A stretch of 60,765 nt of DNA, filler included, from Dugesia japonica (taxonomy: Eukaryota), in NCBI GenBank assembly GCA_001938525.1. It is 5 parts of 5 records of this genome, joined end to end, with 100 filler letters (N's around TTAATTAATTAA, not from the genome) between each part and the next. Parts side by side here need not be neighbours in the genome. Positions count along the whole stretch, not along the records: positions 49,202 to 60,765 come from MQRL01610087.1; 4 more parts are not named here. One strand, written 5' to 3'. Below the pieces are notes generated by a model, which saw only the letters and a list, made by a program, of their open reading frames with translations, made no database searches and was not told the origin of the DNA. Position 1 is the stretch's first letter, and every line of letters begins with the position of its first letter. The position numbers and the translations under genes are program-made. Below, one piece after another: positions 49,202-60,765 of this stretch.

Positions 49202-50881
49202 AATAAACTCAGTTACGCATATTATTTAATTTCAAATACGAACCATAAAATCTTTTGTTGAGTTTAAATACCCAAGAATAATAATAATAATAATAAAAGT
49301 TTTCAAAGATTTGTAATTGAACACACTCAATAATTTAAAATATTTCCAACCAAAAACACAAAACAAAAATATTAAAACAAAACAATTTCTTCACTATCAT
49401 AAATTCTTTACAATTATTATTACTGTCAATCAATAAAATTTAATTCCAGAAATATTAAGATAAAGAATTACTGTCAACAGTTATTAATAAAAAAAATATG
49501 TTTAATGGTAATAAAATATATTATTATCATTACTATTACATTATTTTTTGTTATTCAATTTTTATTACTACAGTAATATGTAAGGAAAAAAGTAAAAAAT
49601 TGGGAAAAACAATCAACAAAATTCAAACATAACACACGCACATAACACTAAACATAATACATGGACACAACATATATAGCATACATACATAACAAGCAAA
49701 AAAAAATCAGATCAGCAGAGCAATCGATCATCATAGATTCATTCAATCCAATTAAACCAAACAACAGAGCAATCAATAGAAATATCAATCAAATTTTAAC
49801 TTCTAATCACATTGACTATATTATCCTTACTTTTAATTGACTCACTTTTATTTTTAAGATTAACTCTTGACTAATGTAAATTTATTTTATCAAATGTACA
49901 AGCTTTATTTATTAATTTTATTTTTATTAGACATGTAACTTTTATTAAAGGTTTTTAAAACCGCTTTAAAACTGTTTTAATGTAGTATTTTAAATCTTCT
50001 TAATGAATTATTTGACACATTCGCTGCTTGCAGTTGCTTTGTGCTCTTATTCTGTCGTCTCCTTTCTCTTATTATATTCGTTTTGTTTTTCTTCCAGTTG
50101 TTTTCTCACTATTACATCAGTTCCTTCGTATCATTATACTATTTTTACTTCATTCCTTCCATTTATTGATGGTTGCTCGCAGTTGATTTCTCTTTATCCT
50201 TAAATTAATTCTTAGACCATTTTTGCCGCATTCCTCTTACTCTTGAGTCTTTATCTTCTTTTTGTTTTCTGACTTACTCAAAAATGATCTCTTAATGGTC
50301 GGTTTTGAGGTGTTCTACACTAACACTTGTCACAAAAATATTTTCTCTTTTAACAATAATTAATTGAAATTTACATATTTATTTAAAAATTGCCATAGTT
50401 TTCTTTGAAAAAAATCAATTTTATTATAAAAATAATTTATAAAATCTGTCTAATTTATTTTATTTTGTTAACTGGTCATTTTTTAAAGTTTAACAATAAA
50501 TTTTTTTTAAATAAAAATTAATGTTTTATTGTAAAGTTTAAATTATCTGGGATAAAAAATTAGTTATTATTTATTTTAACGGAACATTATAGGAGTATTT
50601 ACTGCTTATAATGAAAAATATTATTCTGTAAAACTTCAATATTTTATAAATAATATTTTATTTAAACTATTATTAAATATAAAAATTATACTTTAAATTT
50701 TTGATGATGCAATTATTATAAAATTAGAATGATGTTAATTACATAAATTATTCAATTTATTAAATTAATACTATAATGAGATTTGTTTAAATTAACGTAT
50801 CTTATAATCTTATATAAATACATTAGTTAGTGGAAGCAATTATAGTTATTTTTTTATATATTTTCGCCGATTAAAATATAA

Positions 50882-53800
50882 ATGAGGATACTAATATTTG
50901 GTTTTCTCATTTCAGGTAGTATTTACTTTTGAAAGATTATAGCTTATCATCGTATTTTTAGTTTGTTATGCATTTGATTTCGATTGCTTAAAAGGTCCAA
51001 AGTTTTGGTGCGCTACTTTTAAAAACGCTGAAAAATGTGGGAAAATAACAGAATGTTTTATGAATAAAAAAAATTTGGTATTAAATATTTCAAAAAATAA
51101 TTTACTATTTGCATAAATCTTTAGAACAAACAAGATGAAATGCCCTACGTAGGCTCAAAATCCGAAACGTGCAGTATGTGCATGCAGTTTGTTGAAGTTG
51201 TTGAAAGTAAAATTCCTAAATTAACTGAAAAGGAATTTATAAATCTAATTAATACATTGGTTTGTGATCGAATTCAAGAAATGACGAGATCTCACTGGAA
51301 ATGTCGAGATTTTGTTGCCGAGTTTGGGCCACTTATTTATGAAGAAATTAAAACAGAAGCAGTATAAATTTGATTCTTAATTCATTTTAATTAAATAATA
51401 ATAGACTCCTGAAAAAATATGTGGATTAGTACAAGCATGTCAAAATCAGAAAGAAATGTCATTCATTAAAATATTCAACAAGATTCCGGCTGATAATGAA
51501 TTATGCGCAAAATGTAAAGAAATATTCAATTTCCTTGATGCAATGTTTGCTAAAGTGACACCAGAGGAATTTAAATTTCTATTGGAAACTCTGGTATGTT
51601 CACAGTTACCTTCAGAATTCCAATCCGAGTGCAAAGCATTACTCGACGGTTATGTAACACAATTATACTACTTAATAAAATCGCTTTTGGATGGTGATCG
51701 AATTTGTCCATTAATTCATTTTTGTCCATCTAATTCAACTGTTACATTAAATTCTTGGAATTGCCAGACTTGTTTGGATGTAGTAACAGTGTTAAAGAAA
51801 GACATGGTCAATGTTCCTTCATCAGAAGTGCAGACAATTATTAAAAATAATTATTGCGCAAAAATGAGTCTTATAGTAAAAGGATTCTGTAATGAATATG
51901 TTGATAAATACGTACCATTATTCATGAATGATATTCATTCATCCTTGGTGAGCATTTATTGATGAAATATATCATTTTTATTATTAATAATTATAANNNN
52001 NNNNNNNNNNNNNNNNNNNNNNNNNNNNNNNNNNNNNNNNNNNNNNNNNNNNNNNNNNNNNNNNNNNNNNNNNNNNNNNNNNNNNNNNNNNNNNNNNNNN
52101 NNNNNNNNNNNNNNNNNNNNNNNNNNNNNNNNNNNNNNNNNNNNNNNNNNNNNNNNNNNNNNNNNNNNNNNNNNNNNNNNNNNNNNNNNNNNNNNNNNNN
52201 NNNTTATTATTGTTGATAATATTATTAATTATTATTATTTAATATTATTATTGTTAATAATATTATTATTAATTATTATTATTTATTATTATTATTGTTA
52301 ATAATATTATTATTGATTATTATTATTTGCTTTAGACTCCTCAACAAATATGTGGCACAAATCATTTTTGCATGGTTCCCAGTATTCCAAAACCTGCTGT
52401 TGATATGGTAAATTTCATTTTTTAGTCACAAATTATTATTATTAAGTATCTATAAAATATTATTAAAAATAAGTTTACGAATATTGCGTTGAGTTAATTA
52501 CTACATTTTGAACTGCAATCTGGTTGAAAATAGTGAAAATAGGTATTTGTACAAACACAGATCAATGGTATACTCCTCCACACAAATGTACTCAATTGAC
52601 TTCTTATTAATTTTGTAAGAATAATTCATATATTAAATAAGAAATATCAAGAATTCGATAACTTGAAACGCATGATATTTTCCACTAATAATTAGCGGGG
52701 AGTAAATTCTCAATAGTAATGATTTTTATTTAATATATTCAATGAAATCAACTCATTCAGTTTCTTTTGTTATTATATTTAATCTTTGATTTCTTAACTT
52801 AAGAGGTTCTTGTCAGTTGATAAAAAGAGCTTCAACTAATATTTTCTTCTAGAATCGTCTAGGAAAGCTTATTTAGTTCCGCTTTTTAATAACATCCCCA
52901 TTCTTGTGGGGCTTGGAATTTCTGAAATTAAACATTGCCTCGTTTAGATTAATCCTCACCAGTGTTTCTCAATCTTTTTTCGGTACTGACTCCATCGGCA
53001 CTGACTCCATCACCTACCGATACAAATTGATTAATTATTTCTGCCACCCATACTTAGTACTAGATTGAAATGTAATGTTACTGTTGAATATTGACGGTTT
53101 GACTAGAGTAATCGGTGCACTGACAAATGAGCGCCGACAAGGACTTCTAGGACATCCAATGCTATAGTAACAATGCAATAGAAGGATGGCATCGTGCTTT
53201 TGCGACCAATGTTGCCGCGTAGCATTCAACTACTTATAAGATGGAGTAAGGAGGTAATTGTGAACGAAAAAACAAAATATTGCAATTTTTGACCGAATGT
53301 CTGTACATTAAGAAAGATAAAAGTTTTATGTTGATGTTATATTAATGCTCAAATGAAGCATACAAGTTATGAAAACTAAGTTTTCATCGCTCACGATTAC
53401 CCACTAACTCTGCGTTCACTTTTTATCTCCAATAAATTCATTTTTTTGTCGCCCATTTTTGGGAAACACTGATCTACATACATACTTCGAACAAAATTCA
53501 ATAATAGATATTTTCAGTTTTTTGCTGTTTGTATTAATAGTTATTTTGTTAGTTATTTTTAAGTGATAAGTGAAAAAAATTAATTAAAATATATAAAATT
53601 AGAAACATTTGTTCAATATATAGCTTATACACTTGGAAAATATTCACGTTTTTAGCTAAGACTCGAAATTTTCATGTTGCTCTGTCCTCTAATTAATATT
53701 TATTAGTCAATTTGTTTTGTTAATAACGGGTAAAATTTACAAAAATCTATTCTTACACAACTTGAATAAGTGTATTGCTAGAAATTTGCAGTAGTGAATT

Positions 53801-56800
53801 TAATGTGTTGTTTAACAAATCTGTGTTTAATTTAATTTCTTGCATAATTTCATTTATTTTCTATATGATATTATAAATATTCGGTTAGATTTATATATTC
53901 TATAGCAGCGTTTCCTAAACTTTTTCACCCCGGCACCCTTTTTGATTTAAAATTTTTGATGCGGAAGTCTTATATACTAAAATCTTAGAATTTTAATATC
54001 AGGGCCACTTTAAATATAAGAGCTGTTTTTTATTTTTCAAAGTCACAGCTGAATGAAATGAAATGAAATTGAGTCATATAAAATAGAATGGAAATTAATT
54101 TTTTAAGGCAATATCAATGGAATCGAAAAAGAACTTTAAATTGGATTCGAATGGAATCAAAAAATTATTTATAAAGCTTTTTTGGAAATATATTTACAAA
54201 AGGTTCGCGGAACACATTTTGGGAAACTCTGCTCTAAAGTGTGTTAACACTAATTTTTTAAATATTACATTATGGTTTCATTGTACTGGGAAATAGTTGT
54301 TTCGAAAATAATTTAGAGATTCGTAAAATTTTCAGTGGTTTTCTTGACATTTAATTTAAATTTGACAAAGCAAGATGACTTAGGAAATTATTGACGTTAT
54401 TAACAAGAACAACTAAATCAGTGTTTCCCAAAGTGGGCGATACCGCCCCCTGGGGTGCGCTAGAACAATCCAGGGAGTGATAGTGGCCTCGGGTTCATTG
54501 GGGCGCTGAATAAAAATAAGGAAGCGGTCAAAGTATAAAGGAGGAAAAATTTAAAACACATTCGTACAAATTTCATTTTTTTAAAAATAATATTGTAGAT
54601 TCGGAGCATATAATTTCATTTATAATGTAAGGATATAAAGAATAACCGCTAAAAACTAAATTTTAGCAGGTAGATTGAAATATAGATAAGTATATATTTT
54701 TTGTTCATTTAAAAAAGGGGTAATTTCTTTCTAAAAATGGGGTGGTAGGTCAAATAATTTTTGGAATCTATGATCTAAATCAAAAGAAACCGATTATAAA
54801 TATTCTTCATGTGTAATATAAAAATATTTGAAAGTGTTTTATGATAACAGAACGGTCCAGTTACATGTAACTTATGTGAAATTGTCGTTAGTGAAATGAA
54901 ATCATTTGCATCGAATACAGAAAATGTCAACAAATTAAAGATAATGGTTAAAACGGAAATCTGTTCACATTTAAAATCATTAAATTCTGAAGTAAGATTT
55001 AATGATTTAATTAATTTGTCACATGTTTTGATTAAATAATAATTAATAAAGTAGTCACATGTTGTTACATTTTGTTGTTTTAAGTGCTCAAGTATCGTCG
55101 ATCGATATGGAGATACTTTCATGACGTTCATTATAAATCACATGGATGCAAAAACTATTTGCAAATTAATACACGCGTGCACATCTACATCTGTTCAATT
55201 GAAACCAACACAGGTAAAAATATTCTTATGATTAAATTGTGTGACCTTTGTTCACTCATGTTTAATCTTTAAATGTAATCTCTAAAATAATAATAATTAT
55301 AATAATAATAATTTTAAATTAATGAATTTGTTTATTTTCCGACGATAAATTAGTTAGTATTTGTTTGTTTTATTCGTAACGTTAAAATTATCGATATAAT
55401 TTGAGTTGATACCAAAATACTATATTGTATGTTTAATTATGAAAAGTAATGCCAATAATGAATTCTAATAATATTGTTTAATAGAAATATAGTTAATTTT
55501 TTACGAAGCAACACATCGGTCAAATAGTCTTAGGACTAAGAGAAACAATTTTTTTTAGAAATTCGACTCTATTCATCAACATAATCTCCTTGAAGAGTGA
55601 TACATCCATTTCAACGCTCCTCTAACTTGTTGATACCTTTTTTGTACAACGATTTGTCTTTGCTCTCGAAACATGTCTCATCTTCGACAATCATTTCTTA
55701 ATTTGAACCAAATTTCTTTCTCTGGAGCATCTTTTTGATGTCTGCAAAAATTACAGTAGTCTCTAGAGGCCAGGTCTGGATGAGGAAGCAATTCAAAGCG
55801 TAATTAATTTAATCCAACCATCGATTTGTGACACGGGGCATTGTCTTGGTAAAACAGCACTTTTTTCTTTTGCATGTTAAGCCGTTTTTTTATGGATTTC
55901 TACACTCAAATGATTCAATAATGCCATGTAATATTTTATATTGATAGTTTTACTTTTCTCAAGATAGTCGACGAACATCAGCATCATCGGTGTTTGTACG
56001 ACCGCGTTTAAATTGAATACAGCTAAAAATATTCTTATGATTAAATTGTGTGACCTTTGTTCNNNNNNNNNNNNNNNNNNNNNNNNNNNNNNNNNATAAT
56101 AATAATAATGATAATTTTAAATTAATGAATTCGTTTATTTTTTGACGATAAATTAGTTAGTAGGTTAATTTATTAATTTGTTTGTTTTATTCGTAACGTT
56201 AAAATGCTAGATATTATTTGAGTTGATACCAAAACATTATATTGTATGTTTAATTATGAAAAGTAATGCCAATAATGAATTCTAATAATATTGTTTAATG
56301 GAAAAATAGTTAATTTTTACGAAAAAAGCACATCACTCAATTAGACTCCGGACTAAATTTATTCGACTTTATTCATCGACATACTCTCCTTGAAGAGTAA
56401 TATATTTTTTTCAACGCTCCTCTAACTTGTTGATATCTTTTTTGTAGAATGATTTGTCTTTGCTCTCAAAACATGTCTCATCTTCGACAATCATTTCTTC
56501 ATTTGAGCATAATTTCTTTCTCTGGAGCATCTTTTTGATGTCTGCAAAAATTACAGTAGTCTCTAGAAGCCAGATCTGGATGAGGGAGCAATTCAAAGCG
56601 TAATTCATTTAATCTAACCATCGTTTTCATCGACTTGTGACACGGGGCATTGTCTTGGTAAAACAGCACTTTTTTTGCATTTTAGGCCGTTTTTTATGGA
56701 TTTCTACACTCAAATGATTCAATAATGCCATGTAATATTTTATATTGATAGTTTTACTTTTCTCAAGATAGTCGACGAACATCAGCATCATCGGTGTTTG

Positions 56801-59690
56801 TACGACCGCGTTTAAATTGAATACAGCTAAAAATATTCTTATGATTAAATTGTGTGACCTTTGTTCGATAATGTTTAATCTTTAAATGTAATCTCTATAA
56901 TAATAATAATGATAATTTTAAATTAATGAATTCTTTTATTTCTTGACAATAAATTAAAGGCATACCTCGATTAACGCTACCTATTTTAGTGCTAAAAATT
57001 TATTCGCTACAGTGCTCTTGATTTAAAAAAAAAATTATTTTAACTTTAAAATATTTTTTCAAAGGTTTTCTTTTTCTAATTTCTCATGAAAATTAATTTA
57101 TAATTGTGAAAATCCTTGTTTTTGAAAAAAAAATATCAAAAATAACTATAATTCGCGAAATCCCACAATATTAAAATTTGTAATAAATTGTTCATTCGAA
57201 ATAGTGATATGCTTTGATATAACATCAGTAATTTTGATTAATTAAATGAACACTTTATCACCCTACATGGAAATTTTAAAGAGAAAAAAGAAAACTTTTT
57301 AAGCAAGGAACCTTAGACACGTTTTTTTAAAAAATCATAATTAAATATTAATTTACACCTTTATTTTGTGAAATGTATATTATATATTTTTTTGTTTTTA
57401 TTGAAATTTTTTTGTTATATTGAATCCTACTTTATTTTCTAATTTTTAAATGAAGAAAAAATAAAACAAAATTTTTTTTTAAAATAAAAATACCATCTTT
57501 TTTTATTTTTGCCTTCAAAATACAAAAAAAATTTATTGGGATCGTAACCCCATATTTTAATGTAAATAACACCTTTTTTAACGCTGTTTCTGTTAACGCT
57601 CAATTTTCAGGAACGCATTATGAGCGCTAAACGATGTATGCCTGTATAATAGGTTAATTTATTAATTTGTTTGTTTTATTCGTAACGTTAAAATGATAGA
57701 TATTATTTGAGTTGATATCAAAATAATATTATGTTGTCACATATGAAATGTCCGATTACATAATAGACAATGAAATCAATAAAAGTCCAATAAAATCAAA
57801 TTTTATTTAAGTAAAATAGTCACCATCGGATTCTACACCTTTTTGCCATCTAGAAAATAGTTTCAAAATACCATTAACAAAAAAAAATTTTTTCTCTGGA
57901 GTCTGAATTCGGATATGGCCATTATGACATCCTCCCGATCAGCAATGATTTTTTTAACCGAAAAATTATCAATATGCTTAAAAAATGATAATCTGTCGGA
58001 GATAAGTCGGTGGAATATGGTGGATGTGGCAAAGTTTCAATTTTTAAGTCTGTCAACTTTTGCGACGTCTTCTTTGCCACATGTGGTCGGGCATTATCAT
58101 GCAAGAGGATGATTCCTTTCCTATTGACCAATTTAATGCATAACTTTTTGTGCATTAATTCCATTTCAGAACAGTATTTGTCTGAGTTAATAGTTTGACC
58201 TTCTAACAAAAAAAAATGTATGACTCCAGCTATAGACCACCAAATTGTCAGCATTGTCTTTTTCGGGTGTCAATCTGGTTTAGGACAGTGTAAAGGAGGT
58301 TGATCGGCATCTAACCATTGTGCCAATCTACGATTGTGATGAATAACCCATTTTTCATCACAAGTGACAATGCGATCTAAAAATGATTCCGATTTATTTC
58401 GATCCAGCAACATTTGGCAAATTTTCAATCTTTGTGATTTTTGGGAATTATTCAATAAATGAGGAACCCATTGGTCCATCTTTTTTTTCTTTCAAATGAC
58501 GGGAAATTGTTTGACGAATAACGTTTTACTAAGTTGTCGTACAGATTGACTAGTGTTTAGTTCCTCTTCACGTTTTACATCGTCGTCGCTAATGACNACC
58601 CCGGGGCGCCACCTTTCCATATTGACCCGGGTTAAATCACCCTTTTGAAATATGTCGAACCATCTCCGAAGAGTTCTTTCATTAGCTGAACCCTCTCCAA
58701 ATGCAAAAATTAATGTTTCCGACAGCTTCTGTTGGATTATGCTTTAATTTCCATTCATATAAAAATAATGTTCACATTTCCGTAGTTTTTAGCTTGTGTT
58801 CCATGCTGTCTAAAAATAATTTAAATAAATNNNNNNNNNNNNNNNNNNNNNNNNNNNNNNNNNNNNNNNNNNNNNNNNNNNNNNNNNNNNNNNNNNNNNN
58901 NNNTATTACATAAAAATATATTAGTTTAAAAAACGAGTTCTAAAATCGGACATTTCATATGTGACAACCTAATATATTGTATGTTTATTTATGAAAAGTA
59001 ATTCCAATAATGAATTCTAATAATATTGTTTAATAGAAATGTAGTTACTTTTGGTTTTGAAATTCGTATTTTAAATTTAGAAAGTAAAAGGTGTTGAATG
59101 CGAAGCTTGTCGTTTCGTTGTTAAAAAAATCAAAGAATATATCTCTGATCCTTCTACTGAAACTGAAATTAAAGATTTTTTAAAAAATAAGTTTTGTTAT
59201 ATTTTTGGATCAGAGAAAATTCAGGTAATATTAAACTTAAATGTATTTCTGCATTAAAATCAATGTAAATTTACAGTGCCAGCAAATTGTTGACGAATAC
59301 TTCAATATAATTTTGAATTTTATTTTGTCTGAAATCGATGTAGATAAAATTTGTAAGTTTCTTGGTATATGTAAAGTAAACCTCTCAGGTATTGAATGTG
59401 AAATGTGTGAACGAGTAATGGATGAAGTAATTCAGTTAGTTACATCTAACCATTCTGAGCAAGTAGTTTCTAATTTTATCACAGAAAAAATCTGTCCTCG
59501 TATTGGTGTGATAAAAACTGAAGTGAGATTTATTCAATTAATTATCGTAACTTCTTCTAATCTTGATATTTTCCAGTGTGTTAATATCATTGATATTTAT
59601 TTACCTGTGATATTTTCCATTGCTCGTTCAACGTTAAATAGTAAAGTGATATGTGCCGAGCTGAAACTCTGCACTTTGCTTTCTAAAAAG
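50882..59690 (+). CDS. PSAP: Prosaposin-like protein: signal peptide, SapA and at least six SapB domains; 3' end not found in the window
   Basis: Exons 50882-50915, 50962-51077, 51125-51361, 51405-51947, 52336-52407, 54851-54991, 55085-55213, 59081-59224, 59277-59522 and 59577-59690, all GT-AG and in phase. SapA CLKGPKFWC..AEKCG; SapB CxxC starts CSMC, CAKC, CQTC, CNLC, CEAC and CEMC. Confidence 0.9.
52780..52950 (-). mobile_element. Penelope GIY-YIG endonuclease C-terminal remnant (intronic)
   Basis: RRKILVEALFIN*QEPL matches the RxxxEALxI..PxLN end of the PLE endonuclease. Confidence 0.5.
52960..53471. mobile_element. hAT (Charlie-like) MITE
   Basis: TIRs CAGTGTTTCTCAA / TTGGGAAACACTG; the TSD is decayed. 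Confidence 0.65.
53906..54231. mobile_element. hAT (Charlie-like) MITE
   Basis: TIRs CAGCGTTTCCTAAA / TTTGGGAAACTCTG; TSD ttctatag / ctctaaag (NTCTAGAN-like). Confidence 0.7.
54419..54772. mobile_element. hAT (Charlie-like) MITE
   Basis: Left TIR CAGTGTTTCCCAAA, decayed right TIR TTTGGAATCTATG; TSD aactaaat / atctaaat. Confidence 0.65.
56957..57644. mobile_element. Tigger-family MITE
   Basis: TIRs (A)AGGCATACCTCGATTAACGCT / AGCGCTAAACGATGTATGCCTG, resembling the Tigger1 CAGGCATACCTCG end; flanked by TA. Confidence 0.8.
57729..58972 (-). mobile_element. Full-length mariner element (DD34D), transposase frameshifted
   Basis: 29-bp TIRs TTATGTTGTCACATATGAAATGTCCGATT / AATCGGACATTTCATATGTGACAACCTAA with a TA TSD. 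Motifs WVPHLL, TCDEKW, HDNARPH and HPPYSTDLSPTDY. Confidence 0.95.
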
Positions 59691-59860
59691 GTAATTCTCT
59701 TTATTTATAGCTTTAATAAATGAATTTCATTATTATAAATTATTTCTTTTATAACATATTAAGAAGGAAGGCTATGTAAAATCTTTGGATGTACATATAC
59801 TAATAGACACATTCCAAATTATTTTACTGGTTAATAAAATTTGAAATATTGAATACCTTT

Positions 59861-60003
59861 GGGATCATCCATTATGGACGTCCCCAAAAATTAGCACTTT
59901 TTGACCCACCTCCACTTGTCCCTTGGAAGGACCCCCTATTGTACACATGTCTCCCTTTTGTAGAGACCCCCCCTTCCGAGGGACGTCTTTAATGGATGGT
60001 ACC
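59861..60003. mobile_element. PIF/Harbinger-like MITE of about 143 bp
   Basis: TIRs GGGATCATCCATTATGGACGTCCC / GGGACGTCTTTAATGGATGGTACC; flanked by ttt on both sides. Confidence 0.6.
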
Positions 60004-60621
60004 TTTGTTAGAATTGCTATTTCTTAAATTTTAAGAATTTATCATAATAAAAAATATATAATTGCAATTATTGCGAGAATAATTGTTGGACATAACCATT
60101 GATCGTTTTATAGAATTCATTTAATATAAAAGTTTTGATCAAAATTTTTGGTTTTTTTATTGATCTTGGATAACAATTCGAAAAAAGTCAATTCCTGACG
60201 ATATCCAATATCAATAAAAAACCCTATTTTTGATAACAGCTTTTATATTAAATGAAAAAATATATAGTTCCCCAAATTTATATATTTAAAAAACTAACCC
60301 TAATTATAATAAATAAAAGAACAGCAATTTTGATCTTTGCTTGTTAAATAATTTTTTGAATTAAAAAATTATTTCCTGTTAAAAACGAGTTTGTTTATTG
60401 ACAGATCAATGGATTTTTTATTAAAAAAATACTTTTTTNNNNNNNNNNNNNNNNNNNNNNNNNNNNNNNNNNNNNNNNNNNNNNNNNNNNNNNNNNNNNN
60501 NNNNNNNNNNNNNNNNNNNTTAATTCTATATTACAATTAAAATCCAATGAAAATTGATTTTACTCAGATTTATTTAAAATCTGTCTTCATGTCAAAGATT
60601 GTAATAAGAATTTACTGAACA

Positions 60622-60660
60622 ATAGTTCCTGAAGAAGGCTTTGTCGAAATATTGAAAATA
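60622..60660 (+). ncRNA. Minimal type I hammerhead ribozyme motif (intact core) in a Penelope-type terminal repeat
   Basis: ATAGTTC-CTGAAGA-A GGC TTT GTC-GAAA-TATT-GAAAATA. Intact CUGANGA and GAAA boxes, a 3-bp stem II and a palindromic AATATT stem III. Same downstream flank (AAGAACA..TTTTGATCTTTGC) as the 48893 copy. Confidence 0.65.
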
Positions 60661-60765
60661 AAAGAACAGTAATTTTGATCTTTGCTTATTAAATAATTTT
60701 TTGAAATAATTATTCTATTTATTATTTCTATTCTATTTATTATTTATAAATTCTATTTATTATTT

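Larger units (their letters stand above)
55214..59052. repeat. Intronic tandem repeat of about 810 bp (two full units plus an interrupted third); each full unit carries a mariner fragment on the minus strand
   Basis: AAAAATATTCTTATGATTAAATTGTGTGACCTTTGTTC recurs at about 55216, 56025 and 56829. Mariner-like QDNAPCHKS..FELLPHPDLASRDY..KLEER at about 55600-56010 and 56400-56815. Confidence 0.85.

Noticed and set aside
54775-55131. 118-aa minus-strand ORF
   Set aside because: It is the antisense shadow of prosaposin exons 54851-55213.

Overview
AT-rich eukaryotic draft-genome DNA, not prokaryotic. It has very short GT-AG introns (37-54 bp), (AAT)n microsatellites and heavy transposon debris. 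The noggin-like genes with a long C5-C6 insertion are consistent with a flatworm such as a triclad planarian, but the taxon cannot be proven from this window. Five separate pieces (1-10055, 10156-19197, 19298-28128, 28229-49101, 49202-60765) are joined by an artificial 100-bp spacer (44 N + TTAATTAATTAA + 44 N), so linkage across spacers is not trustworthy. Host genes: two tandem noggin-like genes, an intronless SVOP-like MFS transporter, a probable MED30, a strongly divergent RPB5, the last three exons of a MAN2C1-type alpha-mannosidase, and a prosaposin-like gene with one SapA and at least six SapB domains. Broken host-gene fragments: COQ6, TRM6 and a homeobox. Mobile DNA: Polinton/Maverick remnants (pPolB twice, major capsid, TIR-like ends), Ty3/Gypsy, Penelope with minimal hammerhead-ribozyme motifs, mariner, pogo/Tigger, and hAT and PIF-like MITEs. 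The best candidate for something undescribed is a compact cassette of orphan genes (Z-A-B-C), present as three diverged, decayed copies in the first 9 kb with conserved order and peptide motifs. Next best are the divergent RPB5 and a positionally conserved furin-like site in the noggin-like insertions. All homology calls come from motif recognition by eye; no searches were run.
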